Positions 16,461 to 26,184 are shown, counted from the first letter of the stretch. The stretch: 27,672 nt of DNA from Oculatellaceae cyanobacterium bins.114 (GCA_033764315.1 JANRJA010000085.1:1-27672), one strand, 5' to 3'. The notes: generated by a model from the sequence alone, not told the origin. Translations and numbers: made by a program.

Positions 16461-17684
16461 CTAGGGAGCTAAAGCACTGCCTCTAAGTAAGCTACCAATT
16501 GTCTTTGCAGTAATCTTGAGCTGCGTCAAAGGATTAGCAGGCACAACGGTCTTGTACAAATAGCTGTCAAAGGTCAGCTTTTGGACATCGATGTCAGAGC
16601 ACATCTCGACAAAGGCTTCGCGGGTGGCATCTGAGCGATAAAAGACAGTTTGCAACAGATCTAACACTTTGTAGGTCAGACCATATTGCTTATCCCAACG
16701 CTTGATGTAGATCTTGAGATCGTTCTCAGTGATCATGCGTTGCCCGTTGTTAGAAAATTCCACAATGGCTTCGGCGCACATGCGAGCTGACTTAGCCGCA
16801 AAGTAAATACCCTCCCCAGAGGATTTGGTGACGGTGCCAGCCGCATCACCCACCAGTGCTACCCGACCCACCACGCGGCGAGGTCTGGGATGCTCAGGGA
16901 TAGGATGGGCTTCGACTTTGATGATTTCGCCACCTTCTAGGCGGTGCGCTGCCCGAGCACGAATGCCAGCTTGGAGGTCTTTAATCTTGGATTTGTTGAC
17001 CTTCATGGTGCCAGTGCCAACCGCCACATGGTCATACTTAGGGAAGACCCAGGCATAAAAGTCGGGGGAAACATCGTTGCCCACATACATCTCTGCCAGT
17101 TCTTCGTAGTAGTCCATCTTATCTTGAGGCAGACGAATGCGTTCTTGGAAGGCGATCGCATAGTTATAGTCTCCCGCATCGATCGCTTTGGCGATTCGAG
17201 AGTTTGCCCCATCTGCCCCAATCACAACATCGACTTGCAGTGTCTTTGCGACCCCTTCCAAACTGCCATCAGAATGATCGGCATAGTGGAGTGTGTAGGG
17301 ATCTGTGCTGTTAGAGGGAATGTCTAAGCCATACACCGTGCCGTTGATCAGAGTTGCCCCCAATTTATGAGCGCGATCGCGTAAAAACCCATCTAACACT
17401 TCCCGACGACACATCCCGATATATTCATCGTCTTTCAGAGTGCCACCAATGTTGACCTCGACATTGGAAGGCGAGATCATCTTCATCTTGCGGACACGGC
17501 GATCAATGATTTCCATCGGTAAGTCAAACTCACTCACCATACACAGTGGGATTGCTCCACCACACGGTTTAGCGTTGTCTAACTTGCGTTCAAATAAAAA
17601 AGTTTCGATTCCAGCTTTTACTAATGTCTCAGCGGCGGAAGAGCCTGCTGGACCGGATCCAACTACAGCAACCCTTAGTGCCAA
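16461..17684 (-). CDS. chlP: Geranylgeranyl reductase
   Basis: LRVAVVGSGPAG, KPCGGAIP, DFYAWVFPK, VGDAAG and SGEGIYFA motifs. TTG at 17684 has GGGAGA upstream and matches the usual MALRVAVVG start. Confidence 0.97.
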   Translation of the reverse strand: MALRVAVVGSGPAGSSAAETLVKAGIETFLFERKLDNAKPCGGAIPLCMVSEFDLPMEIIDRRVRKMKMISPSNVEVNIGGTLKDDEYIGMCRREVLDGFLRDRAHKLGATLINGTVYGLDIPSNSTDPYTLHYADHSDGSLEGVAKTLQVDVVIGADGANSRIAKAIDAGDYNYAIAFQERIRLPQDKMDYYEELAEMYVGNDVSPDFYAWVFPKYDHVAVGTGTMKVNKSKIKDLQAGIRARAAHRLEGGEIIKVEAHPIPEHPRPRRVVGRVALVGDAAGTVTKSSGEGIYFAAKSARMCAEAIVEFSNNGQRMITENDLKIYIKRWDKQYGLTYKVLDLLQTVFYRSDATREAFVEMCSDIDVQKLTFDSYLYKTVVPANPLTQLKITAKTIGSLLRGSALAP

Positions 17685-18171
17685 AGGTGTTTCTCCCAAA
17701 ATCTTTAAGGTCACGGAATGCATCGTATCACGGAGTTTCAGACCTCTTTCAAGCGAAACTCAAAGATATGACCAAAATGAAACAGAGCTTAACATCCCGA
17801 CACGAAAAACAGAAGACAAGATAGAGAATTCTCGATGGATTTGCAATGTTGAAACCGTAGTCAGATCAGGGAGAATAAGGAGAGAAATCACTTGCCTTAA
17901 CAAAGGCTTTAACAAAAATCTCACTGTGTTGCATCGGCAGAACTCACACCAGCAGCCTCAGACGATAGCAACAACCAGAGAACGGGTGGGGCGAGTGAGG
18001 GATGAGAGGTTTTACTGCCTCAATTCCCGTCCGCTCAACCCTCAATTCTTAAACTCTCAACCTTATAGCAATGGCTATAAAAGCTGTACTCTATAGAACT
18101 TCCTAAAATGAGGCAACACAAGCTCAAAATCTGATGTGAAACTGAATCAGTCTAAAGACTGCTATTCATGG

Positions 18172-18288
18172 ATAGGTTCGGAAATAAAACCTGTGGGTTT
18201 TGGGGGTGAGAAGCCTCCAGCCAGAGGTTCCGCCATTTGGCTGGGCTAACGACGAAGCCCCTGCACCCCAAATTTCGCACCCTAATTG
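18172..18288. mobile_element. Degenerate copy 3 of the foldback element
   Basis: TGGGGGTGAGAAGCCTCCAGCCAGAGGTTCCGCC...CCCCTGCACCCC parallels TGGGGGCGGTGCCCCCAGTCAGGGGTTCCACCCCTGCACCCC of copy 1. Outer arms TAGGTTCGGAAAT / ATTTCGCACCCTA pair imperfectly. Confidence 0.55.
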
Positions 18289-18350
18289 ATGGTGTGTTGT
18301 ACTAGGTGTGTTGTACTAATGGTTTGCTGTACTAATGGTTTGCTGTACTA
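18289..18350. repeat. Four tandem 14-16 bp units ending TGTACTA
   Basis: ATGGTGTGTTGTACTA, GGTGTGTTGTACTA, ATGGTTTGCTGTACTA, ATGGTTTGCTGTACTA, with no spacers. Confidence 0.9.
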
Positions 18351-18378
18351 AGTGTGAGTGGTCAATCTTATCTATATA

Positions 18379-18427
18379 GTCAGTGGTCAGTAGCCCTTGG
18401 TCAGTAGCTGGTGATTCAATAGTCAAG
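18379..18427. repeat. Degenerate STRR-type heptamers
   Basis: GTCAGTG-GTCAGTA-GCCCTTG-GTCAGTA-GCTGGTG. Confidence 0.55.
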
Positions 18428-18530
18428 CGTTTATGCTCACTGATATGAGCCATAGATCATGACGACTCGATTAGCCTCTTTGGGCAAATCTCTTCCTACT
18501 CTCTCTCCTTCCCTACTCTTTCCTACTTCC

Positions 18531-19700
18531 ATGACCCTTAAACCATCTCAAATCCGCGATATTTTGAATGCTAAACGTGAGGAGTTCAACGCATTCAATC
18601 GGGAAGCCCTACAGGTTTTAGAGCGATATCGTCAGGCGTTAAAGCACGTCAGTGAGATGTCTGATAGTGACTTAGAAGAGAAGTTGTTGAAGTGTGATAA
18701 ACCAGCTGGGGCTAAACCTTTAGAACCCTTGAGTAAGGGAAGCAATGCGGTGATCGCAGCCAATTTGGTGTGGCAGAATCGAGAACAAAGTTTGACCTGG
18801 GTGCGCGATCGCCTCACGGGAATCACAACCTTTGCTGTAGACGGCTCCCAAATCTATCCCAGCAAAGACTTGTCCATTCCCATCGCGCTAGTACAAATCG
18901 GTTGGTTTGAGAATTTGCATTTGCCCACCGGGGACTACGAAAAAGATGTGGCAGTCGATATCATGACCCCGCAAGATTTACGGGTGGGCGACAATGGTGA
19001 AATGGCCGATCGCCGAGTCAGTATGCGTCGGTTTCAAATGGAGACGCAGCGACTTGTGGAGTATATGAAAGCCTGCTCTCAACCTGAGAGTTGCCTGGTC
19101 TTTTTAGACGGTTCTCTGGTCGCAACTTTTGCTGATGTCTTTGATGCAGAAACCAAGTCCTTCTATGTTGATTGTTTGCTAGAGCTATTGCGAACCAGTG
19201 AATCGTGTCGTGTTCCCTTAGTGGCATATATCGATACCACCTCTGCTAAAGATCTTACTGGGATGCTACAGGCCCTATTTGACCTGCCAGAACCGCGATC
19301 GATTCACGATGCTCAACTGCTCAGCCGCTTGATGGAATGGGGCGATCGCACCCCTCTATTTTTGTGTGAGCGATCGGGGATTCTCGACTACTACGAAGAG
19401 CAACGCCGCACGATCACCTTTACCTATCTCAAAACCAACCGAGACAACCCTCCAGCCCGACTAGAGATGCCCCTCTGGATGTATGAGGCAGGGTTAACTG
19501 AGAAAGTCGTTAACTGGGTGCGAGGAGAGGTGATTGTTGGCAGTGGTTATCCCTATGTCATTGAGACAGCCGACCAAACAGCGGTGCTGCAAACTGAGGA
19601 TCGACAAGCATTTTACAAAATCTTGCAAGATTGGGCAGAGACTCAAGCTTTAGATTTGCGCTTTTCTCGCAAAATGGTTAGCAAAGTACGCCGCCGTTAA
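18531..19700 (+). CDS. NurA-domain nuclease (RNase H-like fold)
   Basis: FAVDGSQ, VFLDGSL, PARLEMP and GYPYVIETAD motifs of the NurA family. ATG 18531 (MTLKPSQI) preferred over 18459. Confidence 0.85.
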   Translation: MTLKPSQIRDILNAKREEFNAFNREALQVLERYRQALKHVSEMSDSDLEEKLLKCDKPAGAKPLEPLSKGSNAVIAANLVWQNREQSLTWVRDRLTGITTFAVDGSQIYPSKDLSIPIALVQIGWFENLHLPTGDYEKDVAVDIMTPQDLRVGDNGEMADRRVSMRRFQMETQRLVEYMKACSQPESCLVFLDGSLVATFADVFDAETKSFYVDCLLELLRTSESCRVPLVAYIDTTSAKDLTGMLQALFDLPEPRSIHDAQLLSRLMEWGDRTPLFLCERSGILDYYEEQRRTITFTYLKTNRDNPPARLEMPLWMYEAGLTEKVVNWVRGEVIVGSGYPYVIETADQTAVLQTEDRQAFYKILQDWAETQALDLRFSRKMVSKVRRR

Positions 19701-19821
19701 TCGCGGTTACTGATCTAAAAGGAATTAATCGACTCATCCGGATTAAATGTAATGGGAGGTGTTAATGTTTCCCATTGCATGATATTGTCCGTTTGACCGT
19801 ATTTCCCTTTATGACCGTTTA

Positions 19822-21741
19822 ATGACCAAGAATGGAGAATCAGGGCAGATGCACTGGCAGTTGCAACTTTTAGTAGTTTGGTGTGGGGTTTCGATTCCAA
19901 GTTGGCTGATTGGCGTTGCTCCTAGTTACGCTCTTTCGTCCTCTGAGCCAATTAATTCAGTTGATCAGGTTCGTCATGTACCGGCCTCAGAGCCACTGTC
20001 TACCACTGACAGCCCTACAGAGGCGTTTCAAAGCAATTCTTTTGCCAGCAGCGTCGCTCCTCCTGAGAGTGCAGTGCAGTTTTCGCAACCTGGCTTACGG
20101 TTACAGGCTCAAACTCCCTCCGCTCCATCTCCGGCAGATGCTAACAGCGATCGCTTCTTGCCACGACCCCCGCTTCCTCCACCGGTCGCCCCAACCGAGC
20201 AGGTACCTGTTGTCCCTACACCAAACCCAACTCCGACTCCATCGCCAACCTCTCCACCCCCAGCCTCGGCTGTTACCGTCACGGTGCAACGGGTTGAGGT
20301 TACAGGCAGCACTATTTTTGATGAAGGTGATTTTACCCCAATCACTGAGCCATACATTGGTCAATCAGCAACGTTTGAGCAACTCCGGAGCATTGCCGAT
20401 CGCATCACTCAACTTTATTTAGATGGAGGTTACATTACCTCTAGAGCGGTGCTAGTCAGAGATCAGGATGTCACTCAGGGGGTTGTTCAGATTCAAGTCA
20501 TTGAGGGAAGCTTGGAAACAATTGAGATTGAGGGGAACGATCGCGTTGATGCTGGTTACATTCGCAGTCGAGTTCGACTAGGTGGCAGAACCCCTCTTAA
20601 TCAAGGGCGTCTAGAAGATCAGTTGCGGCTGTTACGGCTTGACCCCCTCTTTGATAATGTCGAGGCAAGTTTGAGAGCAGGCAGCGGTCTGGGACAAAGT
20701 ATCCTCACCGTTAGAGTGACTGAGTCTGCCCCATTTGCCAGTAATTTTAGTGCTGACAACTACTCACCCCCCAGTGTTGGGTCAGAGCGATTAGGAGTTG
20801 CAGCCACGTTACGCAGTCCGACTGGGTTAGGCGATGAAATATCAGCCGCCTATACACGATCGACCACAGGTGGCTCAAACCTATTTGATTTTAGCTATCA
20901 AGTGCCGCTCAACCCCATGAATGGAACCTTGCAACTGCGGGTTGCCCCTAGCGATTATCGAATTACAGACCCCAGATTTAGCCAAATCAATATTGAGGGC
21001 AGTGCTGATGTGTATGAACTCAGTTTTCGTCAGCCGTTGACCCGCACCCCTCGCGAAGAATTTGCCCTCTCATTGGGCTTTACCCACCGTGATGGGGAAA
21101 CTCTGATCAGCGATATCCTGGCAGATGCTAGTACAACAAGCGTCATTAAATTTGGGCAAGATTATGTGCGGCGAGATGTCCAAGGGGCCTGGGCTGTGCG
21201 ATCGCAGTTCAATTTTGGGACAGGTTTACTCGACGCCACCAATAACCCCGATCCACAACCCGACGGGCAGTTCTTTAGCTGGCTAGGTCAAGCCCAGCGA
21301 GTTCAGATTCTCAACCAAAACCACTTGCTGATTGTGCAGGCTGATCTCCAACTCACCCCCGATCCGCTGCTAGCGTCTCAACAGTTTGTCATTGGGGGTG
21401 GGCAATCCCTGCGAGGTTATCGCCAAAACGTTCGCACCGGTGACAACGGGTTTCGCCTGTCAATAGAAGATCGAATTGCTGTACAACGCAACGAGTCTGG
21501 AGCACCTACCTTACAACTAGCTCCGTTTGCTGATGTCGGTGCTATCTGGAATGTAGATGAAAACCCCAATGATCCACCTGATCAAACCTTCTTAGTGGGG
21601 TTAGGATTAGGGGTGCTATGGGAGCCTCTGCCGGGGCTGAATATTCGTCTAGACTATGCCGTGCCGCTCGTTGACTTGGATGATCGAGGCAATAATGCTC
21701 AAGATGAGGCATTTTACTTTAGTGTTAATTTCCGCCCCTGA
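19822..21741 (+). CDS. ShlB/FhaC/HecB (TpsB-type Omp85) outer-membrane transporter
   Basis: Signal peptide, Pro-rich linker, POTRA (VEVTGSTIF..ITQLYLDGGYITSRA), LRGY motif (SLRGYRQN), aromatic C-terminal beta-strand YFSVNF. Confidence 0.93.
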   Translation: MTKNGESGQMHWQLQLLVVWCGVSIPSWLIGVAPSYALSSSEPINSVDQVRHVPASEPLSTTDSPTEAFQSNSFASSVAPPESAVQFSQPGLRLQAQTPSAPSPADANSDRFLPRPPLPPPVAPTEQVPVVPTPNPTPTPSPTSPPPASAVTVTVQRVEVTGSTIFDEGDFTPITEPYIGQSATFEQLRSIADRITQLYLDGGYITSRAVLVRDQDVTQGVVQIQVIEGSLETIEIEGNDRVDAGYIRSRVRLGGRTPLNQGRLEDQLRLLRLDPLFDNVEASLRAGSGLGQSILTVRVTESAPFASNFSADNYSPPSVGSERLGVAATLRSPTGLGDEISAAYTRSTTGGSNLFDFSYQVPLNPMNGTLQLRVAPSDYRITDPRFSQINIEGSADVYELSFRQPLTRTPREEFALSLGFTHRDGETLISDILADASTTSVIKFGQDYVRRDVQGAWAVRSQFNFGTGLLDATNNPDPQPDGQFFSWLGQAQRVQILNQNHLLIVQADLQLTPDPLLASQQFVIGGGQSLRGYRQNVRTGDNGFRLSIEDRIAVQRNESGAPTLQLAPFADVGAIWNVDENPNDPPDQTFLVGLGLGVLWEPLPGLNIRLDYAVPLVDLDDRGNNAQDEAFYFSVNFRP

Positions 21742-21887
21742 TGAAAAGGTAAGAGGCTGAATCAGGGCAGTGCTGAACAGTGCACGAGATGAGGGAAACC
21801 TGCGTCAAGGTAACCTTACTCAGCCTTTAGTCGCCTGAGCCGATTGACCAAATGCTTAAATTTCTTCTATCGCATCTTAAAGAGTGG

Positions 21888-21936
21888 GTCAGGACAAGAT
21901 GTTGGGGTTCCAACCCCTTCTATCGACGGTCTTGAC
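21888..21936. repeat. Short hairpin remnant related to the foldback element
   Basis: GTCAGGAC...GGGGTTCCAACCCC...GTCTTGAC shares the AGGAC/GTC(C/T)T stem and the GGGG-TTCCA-CCCC hairpin of copy 1. Confidence 0.45.
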
Positions 21937-22351
21937 AATTAATACAAATTTCAAAACTCTTAGCATTTAGATGAAGACTTTCTAGAAATTACAGATTGAT
22001 TATCATGGTGGGAGGACAATCGGCTTGAGTTGTTCCACAATAAACAGTGTGTGGAGCAGTTGTGCGGGTAACGCCCTCGTCATAGCCTTACGAATCAAAA
22101 TTAAGCCAGGTGTTTCACCCATGAGCTAGCTTTTATAGTTCTTCAGGTCATTCCCTCGCTATTAATTTAATTCTTGAGGCTCATTGGAAACGGTATCCTG
22201 GAGATCTATCCAGTCTTCCCCGATTAAACCTTGGGTGTTGCTAATTTTGGGAAAAGCGGTTTGCATGCAAAACCTTTGGTTTTAGATGCAAGAGCCATCT
22301 CACAATCAGTCAATATCGACCTGGGTTCGCAGAATTTTTGAGATCCACAGC

Positions 22352-23836
22352 ATGATTTTCTGGTTGCTCTTATTGGGAATATTCACATATCTGATCGTGC
22401 AACGGAGTGTGGCTAATATCACCCGAACTCCGGTCTGGGTCTTGTGGCTCGTCATGATGACTCCTGCATTTGTGTGGACAGGGTGGATTTTGTTGAATGG
22501 GGAGAGTGCTCCGATTCCTCCAGTTCTGGTGTTGGTTCCCTTTATTGTTTGTCCTTTGCTGTATTGGTTGTTGATTCAATGGGGGCGTCCTACCAAACCT
22601 GCATCGGCTGAAGCTGAACCTGTCACCGCAGAGGCAGGCATTGCCCCTAATGTTGAAAAGCGACCAACGCTGCGACCCATTGATAAGCAAGAAGAATCAA
22701 TGTTGCAGAATTGTTTTCCTTGGACGGTTTATTATCTGCAAAATATTGAATATCGCCCTCAAGCGTTGATTTGTCGGGGGCAACTCCGCACTTCTCCAGA
22801 GGTCGCCTATGAAACCATTCGGGAAAATGTGGAAGGCCATTTTGGCAATCGGTTTTTAGTGGTGTTTCAAGAAGGATTGAATGGCAAGCCTTTCTTTGCG
22901 CTGGTGCCCAATCCTCAACTACAAACCGTCAGTAGTCAACCCACGACAGAAACGATGAGCCGTCCTGGGATAGCTGTTGGGTTGTTGATTGCGACGATTG
23001 TGACCACGACTCTGGCAGGTGCTTTGTTCTCTAGTGTTCCTAATGAAGAAAATGCTCGGCTGACGCTGCCACTGTTTTTGACGGGCATACCCTATGCGAT
23101 CGCCCTTATGGCGGTGTTAGGAACCCACGAATTAGCGCACTACTTGGCTGCTCAGTTTTATAAGATTCGAGCAACGTTGCCCTACTTTATCCCGGTTCCG
23201 CCAACCAGTTTTTTCCCGTTTGGAACGTTTGGTGCATTTATTCAAATGCGATCGCCAGTGCCCAATCGCAAAGCCTTGTTTGACATTGGAATTGCTGGCC
23301 CGCTGGCCGGTTTTGTCGTTGCCGTTCCCGTATTGTTGTGGGGTCTGGCACACTCTACAACGGTTCCCTTGAGTGATGAGTCTAGTATCTTTAATTTTGA
23401 GTCTCTTAAACCCAGTCTGTTATTGCCTGCATTGCTGAGTAAGTTGGCTTTAGGCAGCGCATTGAGCGCAACAGATGCGATTCAGTTACATCCCGTAGCG
23501 ATCGCTGGATATTTAGGACTCATTGTGACGGCGATTAATTTGACCCCTGTTGGCCAACTCGACGGGGGGCATATTGTCCATGCTATGTTTGGACAACGAG
23601 TGGGTGCAGCTATCGGTCAGGTTGCTCGATTGCTGGTTTTGGCATTGTCTCTTGTGCAACAAGAGTTTTTGCTGTGGGCAATTTTATTGTTCTTTATTCC
23701 GGTCGTTGATGAGCCTGCATTGAATGATGTGAGTGAGCTAGATAACAAACGAGATTTGTGGGGGTTATTTGCCCTCAGCTTGTTGGTCATAATTATTTTG
23801 CCAGCCCCTCAAGTGGTGACTCGCATTTTGTTTTAG
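22352..23836 (+). CDS. Site-2 protease (peptidase M50 family, EGY-like)
   Basis: HELAH zinc motif, GTFGAFI, DIGIAGP, NLTPVGQLDGGH. ATG at 22352 (MIFWLLL) preferred over 22286. Confidence 0.94.
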   Translation: MIFWLLLLGIFTYLIVQRSVANITRTPVWVLWLVMMTPAFVWTGWILLNGESAPIPPVLVLVPFIVCPLLYWLLIQWGRPTKPASAEAEPVTAEAGIAPNVEKRPTLRPIDKQEESMLQNCFPWTVYYLQNIEYRPQALICRGQLRTSPEVAYETIRENVEGHFGNRFLVVFQEGLNGKPFFALVPNPQLQTVSSQPTTETMSRPGIAVGLLIATIVTTTLAGALFSSVPNEENARLTLPLFLTGIPYAIALMAVLGTHELAHYLAAQFYKIRATLPYFIPVPPTSFFPFGTFGAFIQMRSPVPNRKALFDIGIAGPLAGFVVAVPVLLWGLAHSTTVPLSDESSIFNFESLKPSLLLPALLSKLALGSALSATDAIQLHPVAIAGYLGLIVTAINLTPVGQLDGGHIVHAMFGQRVGAAIGQVARLLVLALSLVQQEFLLWAILLFFIPVVDEPALNDVSELDNKRDLWGLFALSLLVIIILPAPQVVTRILF

Positions 23837-23936
23837 CTGTAATATTGAATACTTAAAAAGTCGGTTTAAGCATTAAGGATTAGTTAGGGCTATCTAGATT
23901 TCCTTTAGCATTAGGCAGACATGAGGAGCCTTGGTG

Positions 23937-24500
23937 ATGACTCAAGATGTCAGGCAGTGGTTAGCAGAAATTAAACATTTGCAACAAAAAGTGGTAGAGA
24001 CTTGCCAAGAGCGAGATGAAGCCTATGCGGGTGCGGCCAACTGGCGCAAATTATATGAGCGGGAAGCACAGCAACGGCGAACCGATGCTACTTTAGCAGC
24101 TCAAACCATCGACGCTCTCAAGGCAGAGCTGATAGAGCTTCAACGCCTACCTCAAGCTCAAGACAAAGCACCTGTTGATGTGGCTGTGATGCAACAGCAG
24201 GTTGACCAGTTAGACGGAGCTGAGTTAAAACAAAAACTCCTGGATTTGATGGTGGAGTGCGATCGCCTTTCACAGGCTCTGAAAACAGAGCAAGAAAGTC
24301 ATACTCAAACCCGCAACAGCTTGACGATTGCTTTAGGAGATACGGTCGATTTGCTAACCAAAGAACGGGCAGCTCGAACTCATCATGCTGAGTCGGTGCC
24401 CGTTGCTATGAATGGGAGTGCAGCCAGTGCCAGCCTGGAAGCCTCTAAAAACCCATCACTTGAGCTACCGCCGCTAAATCAGGTTCAATCCCTGGTTTAA
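23937..24500 (+). CDS. Conserved cyanobacterial coiled-coil hypothetical protein
   Basis: [12 protein letters not shown]...[20 protein letters not shown] heptad-rich sequence; GAGGAG 8 nt upstream of ATG 23937. Confidence 0.78.
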   Translation: MTQDVRQWLAEIKHLQQKVVETCQERDEAYAGAANWRKLYEREAQQRRTDATLAAQTIDALKAELIELQRLPQAQDKAPVDVAVMQQQVDQLDGAELKQKLLDLMVECDRLSQALKTEQESHTQTRNSLTIALGDTVDLLTKERAARTHHAESVPVAMNGSAASASLEASKNPSLELPPLNQVQSLV

Positions 24501-25566
24501 ATTGGTTCTCACAATGTTTAATCGCAGTATCAGGGTCTTTCAATCCATTTCCGGTCAAGACACAAACCACTGTTGCCCCAACCGGAACCTGATCTTTGAC
24601 TTTTAACAAGCCCGCGACAGATGCCGCGCTAGCAGGTTCACAAAAAATACCCTCTTGCGACGCCAATAGGCGATAGGCAGACAAAATCTCTTCATCCGTC
24701 ACGGCATGAAACTGCCCCTGACTAGCGTCTCGGGCGGCGATCGCTTGTTGCCAGCTAGCAGGATTGCCAATGCGAATCGCAGTTGCAATCGTCTCAGGAT
24801 ATTCAATGGGTTGCCCGGTAATCAGTGGAGCCGCTCCTGCGGCTTGAAAGCCCATCATCCGGGGGAGGCGATCGCTCTGCCCCTCCTGGTGATATTGACA
24901 GAACCCCATCCAATAGGCGGTGATATTGCCCGCATTACCGACTGGAATGCAAAGCCAGTCTGGAGCCGTTCCTAACACATCCACAATTTCAAAGGCAGCG
25001 GTTTTCTGCCCTTCTAAGCGATAGGGATTGACCGAGTTCACCAACGTAATGGGATAGTGCTCTGCCATCTCTCGAACAATGGTCAAAGCGCGATCAAAAT
25101 TGCCCTTGATGGCTAAAACTTCTGCCCCATAGAGCAAAGCTTGAGCTAATTTGCCCACAGCGACATAGCCATCTGGAATCAGGACAAACGCTCGCAACCC
25201 ACCCCGACGAGCATACGCCGCTGCTGCTGCTGAGGTGTTGCCTGTGCTGGCGCAAATCACTGCCTCTGCTCCAGCCTCTTTGGCTTTTGAGATTGCCATT
25301 GTCATACCCCGGTCTTTAAAGCTGCCTGTGGGGTTGAGCCCGTCAAACTTGACCAGCACCTTCACGTTTTTACCAATTTGAGCAGCGATCGCTGGAGCTG
25401 GAATTAACGGCGTGTTTCCTTCATAAAGCGTTACAACTGGAGTTTGCTCGGTCACGGGTAAATAGGCACGATAGGCTTCGATCAAACCTTTCCAGGGTCT
25501 GGCTTGAGGCGACATCATGCCGTGTTGAGTGGACGACAAGCCTTGAGATGACAAACTTAGGGTCAC
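24445..25566 (-). CDS. thrC: Threonine synthase
   Basis: [10 protein letters not shown] (PLP lysine), [22 protein letters not shown] and LTGNGLKD motifs. Confidence 0.97.
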   Translation of the reverse strand: MTLSLSSQGLSSTQHGMMSPQARPWKGLIEAYRAYLPVTEQTPVVTLYEGNTPLIPAPAIAAQIGKNVKVLVKFDGLNPTGSFKDRGMTMAISKAKEAGAEAVICASTGNTSAAAAAYARRGGLRAFVLIPDGYVAVGKLAQALLYGAEVLAIKGNFDRALTIVREMAEHYPITLVNSVNPYRLEGQKTAAFEIVDVLGTAPDWLCIPVGNAGNITAYWMGFCQYHQEGQSDRLPRMMGFQAAGAAPLITGQPIEYPETIATAIRIGNPASWQQAIAARDASQGQFHAVTDEEILSAYRLLASQEGIFCEPASAASVAGLLKVKDQVPVGATVVCVLTGNGLKDPDTAIKHCENQFKPGIEPDLAAVAQVMGF

Positions 25567-25645
25567 AGTACTTCTACACCATCTAGCGGATCTTCAGTTT
25601 ATCCTGACGTGATTCAGGGATGAAAGTTGGGAACTGTAGAAGATG

Positions 25646-25785
25646 ACAACTCTAATGGCTCTCGATACCTGGAAATCTTGGACAATCGACAATTCCATAG
25701 CCAGTTGTAAAATTGCCACAGTAAAAATTACACAATTCGATACATGGAATACAATCAAGGGTGGGATTTAAGTTACAATTCCATA
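25646..25785. promoter_or_regulatory. Phased 11-bp direct repeats in the divergent thrC / small-ORF promoter region
   Basis: ACAATTCCATA (25689), ACAATTCGATA (25732), ACAATTCCATA (25775) and weaker ACAACTCTAAT (25646), all 43 bp apart. Function is inferred. Confidence 0.5.
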
Positions 25786-25805
25786 TATTGTGTGAGTGAG
25801 TATTA

Positions 25806-26072
25806 ATGACTAGTCAGGTACTAATGCCCAGTCGTTCATCGGAAGTTTCTAATTCTGCGGTGGCTGACCGCCCCTCCGAAACCGGGACCCAAACGGTTTC
25901 CTCCCCTTCAGTCCGTTCTGCTGCTCTACTTGGAGATGTCAAACTCCCTTATCAAGTCGATCACCAAGTCGAATTGTTGCATCTCAGAGCCGAAGCCGAA
26001 GCACTATTGCAGGAACTACAAACTCTTAAGCAACGCCGGTTAGTTGCTGTCGGAAGTGGTACCTCCAACTAA
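25806..26072 (+). CDS. Small hypothetical protein with C-terminal amphipathic/coiled-coil helix
   Basis: 88-aa ATG ORF; YQVDHQVELLHLRAEAEALLQELQTLKQ resembles small conserved cyanobacterial proteins. Confidence 0.68.
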   Translation: MTSQVLMPSRSSEVSNSAVADRPSETGTQTVSSPSVRSAALLGDVKLPYQVDHQVELLHLRAEAEALLQELQTLKQRRLVAVGSGTSN

Positions 26073-26184
26073 CTCTCTGACTTAATTAGTTGACTTGATC
26101 TGTATGCCGCTTGTTACATCACGGCCTCAACATACGGATGCCTTCATTTTGCAATGAAGGTTACGCTGTGATCAAGGTTCAAAG

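Noticed and set aside
17897..17916. HLR1 (RpaB) site upstream of chlP (TTAACAAA twice)
   Set aside because: The period is 12 bp rather than 10 and the half-sites deviate; too weak to call.
17440..18096. 218-aa plus-strand ORF
   Set aside because: Overlaps chlP in antisense and continues through promoter and repeat DNA with no recognisable motif.
18289..18350. CRISPR array
   Set aside because: Units are 14-16 bp, directly abutting with no spacers, and no cas genes are in the window.
19910..20422. Alternative-frame and antisense ORFs within tpsB
   Set aside because: By-products of the low-complexity Pro-rich linker.
22031..22058. DnaA boxes / oriC
   Set aside because: Only two imperfect matches to TTTTCCACA, and no dnaA/dnaN context.
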